From: the human T2T-CHM13v2.0 reference genome, Homo sapiens | Strand: one strand, 5' to 3' | Length of the DNA: 64,000 nucleotides | Assembly: GCF_009914755.1 (NCBI RefSeq) | Contig: NC_060946.1 | Shown: one piece after another, positions 14,566 to 25,870 of the stretch | Numbering within the stretch: the stretch's first letter is position 1 | Layout of the letters: each line of letters opens with the position of its first letter | Made by a program: the position numbers and the translations under genes | Notes under the pieces: generated by a model | What the model saw: the letters and a program-made list of their open reading frames with translations, nothing else | Databases searched by the model: none | Told to the model about the DNA's origin: nothing

Positions 14566-15968
14566 CCTGTCCACCAACATTCTAATAAAAGCTGGAACAT
14601 CACCTCTTCCCATTGATGGAGCTCCCGGGTATTTAGAAGGCATTTTCACAGTGGTGGTGCCGTCTAATCCTCCTAACTGCTCTCCTCCTCCCTCCTTTCC
14701 TCCCCTGCGTCAGGCAGTGGGACACAGAGGAGAGCAAGAGGACTGGGGACAGAGGCATCATTAACCCCATCTTTACACAGGAGGAAACCGAGGCTGGAAG
14801 AGGTGCAGTGAGCAGCCAGGGGCAGAACTGGGGTGTCCGATGCCCACTTCAGTGCCCTTTCTACCCAGTAGAGGAAAACAAGGCAGGCTCTGGGCCCCCG
14901 GACCCAATGTTGTGGTGTCAGCTGCCCCCATGTCCCCAGATCCTGCAGGCAAGTCTGGTCCTTCTATGCATTTGGAGATGTTCTCATGGCTCCCCAAATG
15001 GGCAAGGGTGTGATGGGGAGGGAAAAAGGAACAAATTCCAGACCCGCTGCCCTGTTGAGATCTGGTTCTTCACCCAGCTCTGCCTGGGCCTCCCTGTGTG
15101 ACCCTGGGAAGTGGAACAACCTCTCTGGGCATTGGGGTGGGGGAACAGGGCAGATTCCGGCTCCCCAAGATTTGAGGTCATGTGTTTCCAAGAAGCTGGC
15201 GGGAAACTGTCACCCCTAGAGGAAGGCTCCTTGGTGTTGGGTGAGGGGAAGGTGGGACAGGCAGCGGCTCTACCAGGGGCCAGCTCCTGGGGGTCCACAG
15301 GGTCTCTGATATGTTTCCGAGTGTTTCCTTCAAATAACTGCCCCCTGCCGTGGCTCTCGGGAACCAACAGACGTGTTCTCTCCATACTGATGAGGCTTCC
15401 TCCTGTCTTGTAAATATTTGATCAGATTTTTGAAAAATGGAAGCTGTGTTTGGAAGGCACCACCAGAAATGTGTTGCTTGTTTTTCTGTTGGCTGATGGG
15501 GCTGGGGCTCCAGGGAGGACCCTAAGTGGCTTCTAAGCCACTGAGTCCTTCCCAGAAGCACCTTACCCATTCCCCCTACCTGCCTGGTTCAGCCAGTGGG
15601 GCTCTGAATGTGTCTGGGACCGCGGCATCAGAAAATTCCAGCTGTGAACTCAGCAGGTTAGAACTGGGGCAGCCTTGGGAGCTGCCAGTGAGACGCTGTC
15701 GGCTCTTCTCCACTAGGAACCGCGGAAGGAAAGCATTTTACTCTGTGACTCAGTCCATGTGGATGTGGGTGGCTAATTAAATAGAAATATATTTAACTGA
15801 AGTATCCCTTTCCTGGCTCAATGGACTCTCAAATCTTGGGGAGCTGATGTTTTCTATTCTTTTTTTAAAAAAATGCTGTTGCCATTCATCAAAATGCAAT
15901 TTGAAAGACCCTGCTGTAGGCCAAAGGTTTTTCATTCAGGCTCCGTGGGTGAGTCTCAGGAGGGCTCC

Positions 15969-16848
15969 ATGATAATTATGATGATAGCAATAATGATGGT
16001 AGTGGTGATATAGGAGGTGATGGTGATGGTGGTGATATTGATAATGGTGGTGTATGATGGTGATGATGATGGTAATGGTGATGGTGGTGATGAGAGTGAT
16101 GATGTTGATGTTGATAATGGTAGTGGTGATGATGGTGGAGGTGGTGGTGATGATGGTGGAGGTGATGGAGATGATGGTGGTGATAGTGATAGAGGAGGCG
16201 GTGGTGGTGATGGAGGTGGTGGTGGTAGTGATGGAGGTTGTAATGATGGAGGTGGTGGTTATGGAGGTGGTGGTAGTGATGGTAGTGATGGAGGTGGTGG
16301 TGGTGGTAGTGATGGAGGTGGTGATGAAGATGATGGTGGTGGTGATGGTGGTGTTGGTGATGGAGGTGGTGGTGATGGTGATGGAGGTGGTGGTTATGGA
16401 GGTGGTGGTGATGGTGATGGAGGTGGTGGTTATGGAGGTGGTGGTGGTGATGGAGGTGGTGGTGATAAAGATGATGCTGGTGGTGGTGATGGTGATGGAG
16501 GTAGTGGTGATGGAGGTGGTAATGGAGGTGGTGGTAATGATTGAGGTGGTGGTGATGGTGGTGATGATGGAGGTGGTGGTAATGATTGAGGTGCTGGTGA
16601 TGGAGGTGGTGGTGATGGTGATGGTGATGATGATGGAGGTGGTGGTGTTGGAGGTGGTGGTAATGGAGGTGCTGGTGGTGGTGGTCATGATGGAGGCGGT
16701 GGTGATGGAGGTGGTGGTAATGATTGAGGTGCTGGTGATGGAGGTGGTGGTGGTGATGATGTTGGTGATGATGGAGGTGGTGGAGGTGGTGGTGATGGAG
16801 GTGGTGCTGGGGGTGATTATAGGGATAATTGAGGTGATGGGGATGATG
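15969..16848 (+). repeat. Degenerate (GAT/GGT/GGA)n array
   Basis: Visible 3-nt periodicity; source of the poly-T/H/V/G pseudo-ORFs. Confidence 0.97.
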
Positions 16849-16854
16849 AACTTG

Positions 16855-17045
16855 CAATGTGTTGAATACTTACTGTGTACCAGGCCCGTTTTAAGTACTT
16901 TACATGGATTAACTGATTTAGTCATTTCAATAGCCGTATTGAGTATTATCCCCACTTCACAAATGGGAAATTGGGGCATAGAAGTTAAGTTCTTTGTTCA
17001 AGATCACACAGGTGGTAAGGAGTGGACCATTGTAACCTAGGTCTA
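16855..17045 (-). mobile_element. MIR fragment abutting the second array
   Basis: gttgaatacttactgtgtaccaggc ... tattatccccacttcacaaatgggaaattggggc ... agaagttaagt ... caagatcacac. Confidence 0.8.
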
Positions 17046-18629
17046 ACTGCAAGATGAGCTCACAGTTGGGTGTAAAATCATGTGTGTGCATGTCAGGGGT
17101 GATACGTATTTCTGCAGAGAGAATCTTGGCTTCCTGCAGGCCTGTGTGGATGTGTCTGAGGGAGACGGTGCCCACTAATGGGATTAGCCACTGTCCTTGA
17201 TGCTGCCCACCCAGAGGCCATTCCTTAGCCACAGCTGCCTGGTTTCCTCAATTGGTGGGCACTGCCTGTGGGTGGGGGTCCCTGAGAGAGCCCATACTGG
17301 GGGTGCAGGCAGCTCTTCTGTGCCCTGCCCCTCACACTTAATTTTTCCTCTCACAGGCCTGGGGGCAGATCCCCAGGCACAACCCAGAAAGCACAGCCAG
17401 TCTCATTCCCCAGGCCCCCACCTGTGCAAGGGGCTCTCCTGGAGCCTGCTCATGGCTGGGTGTAGGGGACTTGCTTTCTTCTTCTCCCCCAAGAACCGGG
17501 CAGGAGCGACAGCCCTCTTCCTCAAGGCCCAGAGCTTGGCTGGTAGGGGACTGGGGAGGTGGTGGTCTGGTGTGTTCTGCCTGCTTTTAGTACGTTCCCC
17601 TGGGGGTTCTGGGGCTTTTCTTTCAAATGAGGGGGATCGGTTTCAGCTTTGGCATTTTGGCTGCAATCCCAAGAACAGGTAAAGTCCTGCTCAACATCCT
17701 GTTAACAATTTATTCATTAATTCAGTCCCCTCTCACCCACCATCATTCGTTAAACATAGATTTGCGTGTCTCCTGGGCTGGTGTCTGAAACAATGAAAAG
17801 GCCTTTGACCCCAAATAACCAGTGTGGCCACCCATCCTCCTCTGTCACAAGCCCTGTGTCCCAGGAGATGGCTCTGTAGGCTTGAAGGCAGGGTGGGGCA
17901 GTGGGGAGAGAACATCAGATCTGGGTTTGAGAATGACTTCTCCACTGACCCACTGTGTGAACCTGGGCACTTTCCATTCCCTCGCCAAACCTCCATCTTC
18001 TAGTCCAGGACCTGCCAGCATAGGACTAAGTTGGGGTTTTCAAATGGGGTTCCAAGGAGGTGCATTGGGCACCTGCCAACAGGGTAGTATGTTGGGTTAA
18101 CAGCCAGGGGTGTCAGTCACCCCACGGAACAGTGCATGGCCCAGGGAGGGATTTAAGTGGCAGCCTTGAGCACTGGTGCTGGTGATGGAGGTGGTGATAG
18201 AGGCACTGGCAATGGCAAAGCCCACCCCTCCCCCAGCCTCCACCAACTCTCACAGCATGTGGTGGCGGGAGAGTGGTAGTGAGGCACCCTGTTGGGGGCC
18301 GGCACGCCAGGACCCAAGTCCTGTGCCATCTCACTGCTGGGAGCCTCAGTGTCCTCATCTGTAAAAGGGGAATAATGCTAGTCCCTCTTTCACGGGGTTC
18401 TTGTAACAGCTGAGCCCATCCCAGTAATGTACATACTTGGGGCCTGGCAGAACAGTAGGTGCACAGGAAATGCTGGTGACTATTTTTATTTTCCCACCCC
18501 TGGTCCTCAATTTTCTCATCTACAAACCATGTAGAAGGAGACCTGTCTGACCAACAGTGCTGCAGGGGTGAAGGTCGTCCCAGGGCAGCAGGCGGGGAGG
18601 TGATGTGGGGATGGCAATTGCATTACTAT

Positions 18630-19442
18630 GTAGGGCTGTGTAACTGAGGATCAAATCCAGTGGCGAAAACAACGGAAATTCACTCTCTCACGGTTCTGGA
18701 GGCTAGAAGCCTAGAGAGGCCTCTGCAAGATTGGTTCCTTTTGGGGGGCTCTGAGGGAAAACTCTTCCGGGCCACTCTTCTAGCTGCTGCTTTATTTTGA
18801 GACAGGGTCTTGCTCTGTTGCCCAGGCTGGAGTGCAGTGGCACAATCTCAGTTCACTGCAGCCTTGACCTCCTGGGCTCAAGCAATCCTCTCCCACCCCA
18901 TCCTCTTGAGTAGCTGGGACTACAGGTGCGCGCCATCATGCCCGACTAATTTTTTAAAAATATTTTTGTAGAGACAGTGTCTTACTGTGTTGCCCAGGCT
19001 GGTCTTGCATTCGAGGGCTCAAACAATCCTCCTGTCTCAGCCTCCCAAAGCACTGGGATTACAGGCATGAGCCACCATGCTTGGCCACACTCTTGTGGCT
19101 TCTGATGGTTGCTGGTGATGCTAGTTGCTGGTGATCCTTGGCCACACTGTTGTGGTTTCTGATGGTTGCTGGTGATCCTGGTTGTTCTTTAGCTTGTGGA
19201 AGTGTCACTTCAGTTTCTACCTCCATTGTCACCTGGTGTCCTTCCCTCTGCCAGTTTCTCTATGTTATCACATGGCCCTCTTTTAAGGACACCAGTCATT
19301 GGAGGTAAGACCTACACGAATCCAGTATGACCCCATCTTAGCTTGATTTCATCTACAAAGAACCTCTTTATAAATAAGGTCATATTCACAGGTCCTGGGG
19401 GTTGGCAACATGTCTTTTTGGGGGACACAATTTGATTCACAG
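18630..19442. mobile_element. MaLR LTR (MLT1B/C/D-like) interrupted by an AluJ at about 18791-19086 (-)
   Basis: ctctcacggttctggaggctagaag ... taaggacaccagtcattgga ... aataaggtcatattcacagg motifs. Confidence 0.8.
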
Positions 19443-19479
19443 TGGTGGTGGTGGTGGTGGTGGTGGTGGTGATGGTGGC

Positions 19480-19841
19480 TGTCTTAGACCATTCGGGCTG
19501 CTACAAGAAAATGCCATAGACTGGGTGGATTCTAAACAACAGAAGTGTGTTTCTCACAGTCTGGAATCTAGAATTCCAAGATCAAGGTGCTGGCAGATTC
19601 CATGTCTGGTGAGGACCCACTTCCTGGTTCATAGATGGCACCTCCTTGCTGTTTCCTTACATAGTGGAAGGAGCAAGGGATCTCTCATGCCTCTCCTTAT
19701 AAGGGCACTGATCCTATTTGAGAGGGCTCCACCCTCATGACCTCATCACCTCCCAGAGACCCCACCTCCTAGTACTAGCACCTTGGGGATTAGATTTCAA
19801 AATATTAATTTTGGGGGGATGCAAACATTTAGATCATAGCA
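19480..19841. mobile_element. Complete MaLR solo LTR (MLT1A/MST-like)
   Basis: TG...CA termini (tgtcttag ... atcatagca), about 360 bp, internal tccaagatcaaggtgctggcagatt. Confidence 0.85.
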
Positions 19842-21388
19842 ATGATTGAGGTAGTGGTGGTGATGGAGGTGGTAGGAGGTGGTGGTGGTGGTGATGGAGG
19901 TGCTGGTAGTGATGACAGAGGTGTGATGGAGGTGGTGATGATGGAAGTGGTGATGGAAGTGGAGGTGGTGGTGGTGGTGGAGGTGGTGGTGGTGATGGAG
20001 GTGGTGATGGAGGTGGTGGTGGTGGTGATGGAGGTGGTGATGGAGGTGATGGTGGTGATGGTGGTGGTGATGGTGGTGGTAGTGATGGAGGTGTTGATGG
20101 AGGTGATGGTGGTGATGGTAGTGGTGATGGTGGTGGTAGTGATGGAGGTGGTGATGGAGGTGGTGGTGGTGGAGGAGGAGGTACTAGTAATGGAGGTGGT
20201 GGTGGAAGTGCTGGTGATGGTGGAGGTGGTGGTGGAGGTAGTGGTGGTGGAGGTGGTGGTGGTGGTGGAGGTGGTGGTGGTGGAGATGGTGGTGGTGGAG
20301 ATGGTGGTGGTGGAGGTGATGGTGGAGGTGGTGGTGGTGGAGGTGGTGATGGTGGAGGTAGTAGTGGTGGAGATGGTGGTGGTGGAGGTGATGGTGGAGG
20401 TAGTGGTGGTGGAGGTGGTGGTGGTGGAGATGGTGGTGGTGGAGGTGGTGATGGAGGTGGTGGTGGTGGAGGTAGTGGTGGTGGAGGTGGTGGTGGTGGA
20501 GGTAGTGGTGGTGGAAGTGGTGGTGGTGGAGGTAGTGGTGGTGGAGGTGGTGGTGGTGGAGGTAGTGGTGGTGGAAGTGGTGGTGGTGGAGGTAGTGGTG
20601 GTGGAGGTGGTGGTGGTGGAGGTAGTGGTGGTGGAAGTGGTGGTGGTGGAGGTAGTGGTGGTGGAGGTGGTGGTGGTGGAGGTAGTGGTGGTGGAAGTGG
20701 TGGTGGTGGAGGTAGTGGTGGTGGAGGTGGTGGTGGTGGAGGTAGTGGTGGTGGAAGTGGTGGTGGTGGAGGTAGTGGTGGTGGAGGTGGTGGTGGTGGA
20801 GATGGTGGTGGTGGTGGAGATGGTGGTGGTGGAGATGGTGGTGGTGGTGGAGATGGTGGTGGTGGAGGTGGTGGTGGTGGAGGTGATGGTGGAGGTAGTG
20901 GTGGTGGAAGTGGTGGTGGTGGAGGTAGTGGTGGTGGAGGTGGTGGTGGTGGAGGTAGTGGTGGTGGAAGTGGTGGTGGTGGAGGTAGTGGTGGTGGAGG
21001 TAGTGGTGGTGGAAGTGGTGGTGGTGGAGGTGGTGGTGGTGGAGGTAGTGGTGGTGGAAGTGGTGGTGGTGGAGGTAGTGGTGGTGGAGGTGGTGGTGGT
21101 GGAGGTAGTGGTGGTGGAAGTGGTGGTGGTGGAGGTAGTGGTGGTGGAGGTGGTGGTGGTGGAGGTAGTGGTGGTGGAAGTGGTGGTGGTGGAGGTAGTG
21201 GTGGTGGAGATGGTGGTGGTGGAGGTGGTGGTGGAGGTAGTGGTGGCGGAGATGGTGGTGATGGAGGTGGTGATGGACGTGGTGGTGGTGGAGGAGGTAC
21301 TAGTAATGGAGGTGGTGGTGGAAGTGCTGTTGATGGTAGAAGTGCTAGTGATGGTGGAGGTGGCGGTGTTGGAGGTGGTGATGCTGGT
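19842..21388 (+). repeat. (GGT)n-based array with a homogeneous 15/30/60-bp higher-order core (VNTR)
   Basis: The five 60-bp lines 20461-20760 are exact copies; the same 60-mer recurs at 21061-21180. Confidence 0.97.
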
Positions 21389-22071
21389 TACTTTATTGAC
21401 ATAAAGGGCCCATTCTTGTGGAATCATGTATGGGTGAAACCTACGGGATGATTCTGATGCTTTTGTTGCAAATGACTGAAAACCCAGTTCAAATGGCTTT
21501 GTGTTGGCCCGTATAATTGGGAAGTGCTGAGGTAGGGTGGGTGTCTGGTCCAGTTTGATCCAGCTGTTTCTTGGGTAACTTAACAGCTGCCGACAGCTGC
21601 CCACAGCTCCCAAGGCTAGAAGCTCACTGTTTATACACAGGGATGATAGTATCCACTTTTCTTCTTGAAAAGAGACTGCCTGCAATTGGAAGGATCTAGG
21701 TGATGTGTTCACCACTGAACTGACTAGGGGGAATATCTGGCATTGATGGGTCCAGGTCTTGGCTGGGGAGCAGGCTACCAGGCTGGGATTGCGTATAATG
21801 GTCTAGGTCCACCTGGCCCCACCCTCCCAGCTGGGGATGGGCTCAACTCTACCTGGACTCCCTGGCCAGAGCTTCCAGTATAAGCAAGAATGAGCAGCCC
21901 GCACCTGGAATCTGCTCTCTTTTGACTGGGGGTCCACACACCCCACCTGGGGGAGGGAGGATGGAGGGGCATCTTCCTGGGGGTGGGGGTGGGAGTATTG
22001 GAGAATGTATAATGTTCCCTGTGGATTTTCTTAGAAAGGCTTGGAGCAGGAAAGGTCTTAGGAAGAAGCTG

Positions 22072-22104
22072 ATATATATATGTATATGTATATATATATA
22101 TGTA
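22072..22104. repeat. Interrupted (TA)n microsatellite
   Basis: atatatatatgtatatgtatatatatatatgta. Confidence 0.9.
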
Positions 22105-22387
22105 TTTAGCTTTCTTTTTTTTTTGGTTATGTAAATAATACTTACAGAAAAACAGAAACTGCAGGTAAGCAGAAGGAGAGAGGAAAGAGAATTGCCTGGG
22201 GACCCACAGACCGCCAGTGGGTCAAAGTCCTGGTGAGTCCCTGCCTTCCCTAGGTGGAGACCTTCCCTGGGTCTCCAGGTAGCGAGCTGGTCCTGAGGGC
22301 CCCCTGGCCCGTGGGGAGCTCCGCATTCCCTCTGACCACCCTGTACTTTCACCCGCCCTCCCTCAAACACCTGCACTTCTTCTACAG

Positions 22388-22503
22388 GCAGCCCTGGTTC
22401 TACGGCTGGGGCTTCAACCTCCCGCGAGGCCAAGCCCTGCTGGAGAAATGGAACCTCATTCCCGAAGGCGTAGACATCCTGATAACCCATGGACCACCAC
22501 TGG
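22388..22503 (+). CDS. MPPED1: MPPED1 internal coding exon, 116 bp: (W)QPWFYGWGFNLPRGQALLEKWNLIPEGVDILITHGPPL(G)
   Basis: Acceptor cacttcttctacAG at 22387 and donor GTAAGG at 22504. Encodes the metallophosphoesterase DILITHGPP motif. Phase joins the next exon (G|GC = Gly). Peptide recognised as MPPED family. Confidence 0.96.
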
Positions 22504-23180
22504 GTAAGGCTCTGCTGGCCTGGCCCTCCAGCTCGCCCATCTGGGCTGGTGGGTGGGCTCTGGGATGGGGGGCTGGCTGGGCCTGTATAGGGGAGCCCTG
22601 GAGGGGTTCTGAGTCCCACTTGCTGGGGCACTGAGGACACGTCGCCCCATGGTCCCTCTTATTTCCTGAGTGCCCACTGAGAGCAGGGGGCTTGACTTGT
22701 TATCTTGTGGGCTCCTCACAACAGCACAGGAGGCCAGAATCACCTGCCCATTTGACAGGTGGGACCCTGGAGCTTCGGCTTATGCCTCTGCAGACCCCAG
22801 TCCCGGGTGCTGAAAATCACCAGAGCCCTGCACAGGGCTTCCTCCGGGCAGCCCTAACTCCCTCAGAAACCTGGGGTCCCCACTTCCTCACCCCCACCCA
22901 GCCCAACATCCCCAGGGCCTGTAGACCACCTCCCATCTCTCCTCTCTGCCCCCACCCCACCACCCAATCCACACTGAGGTCATCCCCTCATCTGCATACT
23001 GCCTCCTCCACCCCTACTGTCCCATCTGGGGGCTCTCTCAGTTCCCTTCCTTTCCTCATTCCCACAGCCTGGCCATCACCACATCCCTCCCATTCCACCT
23101 CCAAACTGCCTCCCACTCCCCCTTCTCTTCAAGCTGCTGACCCTGCCTCAGTCCAGGACAATGTCTTCTCTCTCTCTCCC

Positions 23181-24920
23181 ATGGTCATGGTGGAGGTGGT
23201 GGTGATGGAGGTAGTGGTGATGGAGGTGGTGATGGTGGAGGTGGTGGTGGTGGAGGTGGTGATGGTGGTGGAGGTGATGAAGGTGGTGGTGATGAAGGTG
23301 ATGGTGGTGACGGAGGTGATGGTGGGAGGTGGAGATGGTGGTGGTGGTGGTGGGAGGTGGTGATAGTCATAGAGGTAGTGGCAGTGGGGATGGGGTGGTG
23401 GTGGTGATGGAGGTGGTGGTGATGGTGATGGGGGTGGTGATGGATGTGATGGTGGTGGTGATAGAAGTGGTGACGTGGGAGGTGGTGGTGGTGGGAGGTA
23501 GTGATGGTGATGGAGGTGGTGGTGATGGTGATGGGGGTGGTGATGGATGTGATGGTGGTGGTGATAGAAGTGGTGGTGATGTGGGAGGTGGTGGTGGTGG
23601 GAGGTAGTGATGGTGATGGAGGTGGTGGTGGTGGTTATGGGGGTGGTGATGGTGGTAATGGAGGTGATGGTGGTGGTGATGGAGGTGGTGGTGATGGTGG
23701 GTGGTGGTGGAGGTGGTGGTGGTGGTAGTGGAGGTGGTGGTGGTAGTGGAGGTGGTGGTGGTGGTGATGGTGGTGGTGATGATGGTGGAGGTGGTGGTGG
23801 TGGTGATGGGGGTGGCGGTGATGGGGGTGATGGTGGTGATGGTGGTGGTGGAGGTGATGATGGTGGTGGTGATGGAGGTGGTGATGGGGGTGGTGGTGGT
23901 GATGGTGATGGAGGTGGCAGTGGTGATGGTGGAGGTGGTGGTGGTGGTGATGGAGGTGGTGATGGGGGTGGTGGTGGTGATGGTGATGGAGGTGGTGGTG
24001 GTGATGGTGGAGGTGGTGGTGGTGGTGGTGATGGAGGTGGTGATGGGGGTGGTGGTGGTGATGGTGATGGAGGTGGTGGTGGTGATGGTGGAGGTGGTGG
24101 TGGTGGTGGTGATGGAGGTGGTGATGGGGGTGGTGGTGGTGATGGTGATGGAGGTGGCGGTGGTGATGGTGGAGGTGGTGGTGGTGGTGAGGGAGGTGGT
24201 GATGGGGGTGGTGGTGGTGATGGTGATGGAGGTGGTGGTGATGGCGATGGAGGTGGTAGTGGGGGTGATGAAGGTGGTGATGGAGGTGGTAATGGAGGTG
24301 GTGGGGGTGGTGGTGGTGATGGTGATGGAGGTGGTGGTGATGGTGATGGAGGTGGTAATGGAGGTGGTGGGGGTGGTGGTGGTGATGGTGATGGAGGTGG
24401 TGGTGATGGTGATGGAGGTGGTAATGGAGGTGGCGGTGGTGATGGTGGAGGTGGTGGTGGTGGTGAGGGAGGTGGTGATGGGGGTGGTGGTGGTGATGGT
24501 GATGGAGGTGGTGGTGATGGTGGAGGTGGTAGTGGTGGTGATGAAGGTGGTGATGGAGGTGGTGGGGGTGATGGTGGTGATGGTGATGGAGGTGGCAGTG
24601 ATGATGGTGGTGATGGTGATGGAGGTGGCGGTGGTGATGGTGGTGGTGGTGATGGGGGTGGTGGTGGTGATGGTGATGGAGGTGGTGATGGTGGTGGTGG
24701 AGGTGGTGGTGGTGATGGTGATGGAGGTGGTGATGGGGGTGGTGGTGGTGATGGTGATGGAGGTGGTGATGGTGGTGGTGGAGGTGGTGGTGGTGATGGT
24801 GATGGAGGTGGTGATGGGGGTGGTGGTGGTGATGGTGATGGAGGTGGTAGTGGTGGTGATGGAGGTGGTAATGGAGGTGGTGGTGGAGGTGGTGATGGAG
24901 GTGGTGGAGGTGGTGGAGGC
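23181..24920 (+). repeat. Degenerate (GGT/GAT/GGA/GGG)n array with about 60-80 bp higher-order units
   Basis: Recurring gatggaggtggtgatgggggtggtggtggtgatggt blocks. Confidence 0.97.
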
Positions 24921-25730
24921 GAAGGTCTTGCCCCTTCCAGTCCACTCGCTTTACATCAGCAGGAGGGAGTTTTCTGTATCCTTATGTGTGCCATGCCACC
25001 CCTCTGTGACCCTCTGTGGTTCCCTCAGTCCTCTGAATGAAGTTCAGTCTCCCAGCAGTTCGGCCCATATCAGTGTCTTGCTCCCACCGCCACCTCCAGA
25101 AACCCACCATCACTCCCTCAGTGCTTGGGACCAGCCCCTGTGCTGGGTGACACTGGTCCAGGATAACTCCTGCAGTGTGTGCCTGGGTTGGAGGGCCCCC
25201 AGGCTGCAGGGTAGAGGGTTCAGGAACAGCCAAGCCCCGTGGGACACATTCGGGGGTGAGGGAAGCTTGAGGAGTCAGGAGAGATGACTGCTGTTAGGCT
25301 GCATGGGGGACTTGCACAAGCTGTGATCCCAGAATTGGAGGAGGAGGGTGAGGTAGACAAGGGGAGGGGAAGGGTGTCCCAGGCAGAGGCCATGGGGGAG
25401 GGTGTGGGGTGAGGCGCAGGACAGCTTGAGTGTCACTGGCTCACACACCAGTTCAGGAAGAAAATCCTGATACCACTTTGTGCCCCTACCCAGCCAGTGC
25501 GCCACGGCCCCTCTGCCTCCTCACAAAGTCCAGGAAAGGAAGATTTTGTCAGCCTCACCCTCACAGGTGGAAGCGGAGGCCTGGGCCCTGGTGTGATTTA
25601 AGCAGCACAGAGAGGTTGTAGCCGGGTTTGTTTCACCCCCACCTGAAGCCGCCTGAGTCCTGGGACGGTTCCCGTCAACATTCGGTGTCATTGGTCACTG
25701 ACAGTGAGGCTCAGCAGCAAAGGCATCTTG

Positions 25731-25870
25731 TTCTCTTCCTTCTCTTTTCATTCCCTCCTTTCCATATCTCCTTTTTTCCTCCTTTTTCCTTCTCCCCTCT
25801 TCTATTTTTCCTCCCCTCCTCCCTCTTCCTTCTTTCTCTCCCTCTCTCCTTTCCATCCATCCATCTCTCC
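25731..25870 (+). repeat. CT-rich polypyrimidine low-complexity tract
   Basis: About 140 bp almost free of purines. Confidence 0.85.

Noticed and set aside
15936-17040. Overlapping poly-Thr, poly-His, poly-Val and poly-Gly ORFs
   Set aside because: Open on both strands in several frames, the hallmark of a simple repeat; the unique ends are MIR-derived.
19081-19190. ~58-bp local duplication at the Alu/MLT1 junction
   Set aside because: Real but lies within repeat-derived DNA, with no sign of function.
19829-21715. 628-aa minus-strand 'mucin-like' (STTTT)n ORF
   Set aside because: Translation of the (ACC)n strand of the VNTR. It starts at GTG, has no signal peptide or splice structure, and stop codons are absent simply because of repeat composition.
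22254-22634. 126-aa ORF as a standalone gene
   Set aside because: Only 22388-22503 is coding (MPPED1 exon); the remainder is intronic read-through. The same applies to ORFs 54994-55350, 58849-59364 and 61602-61976 for EFCAB6.
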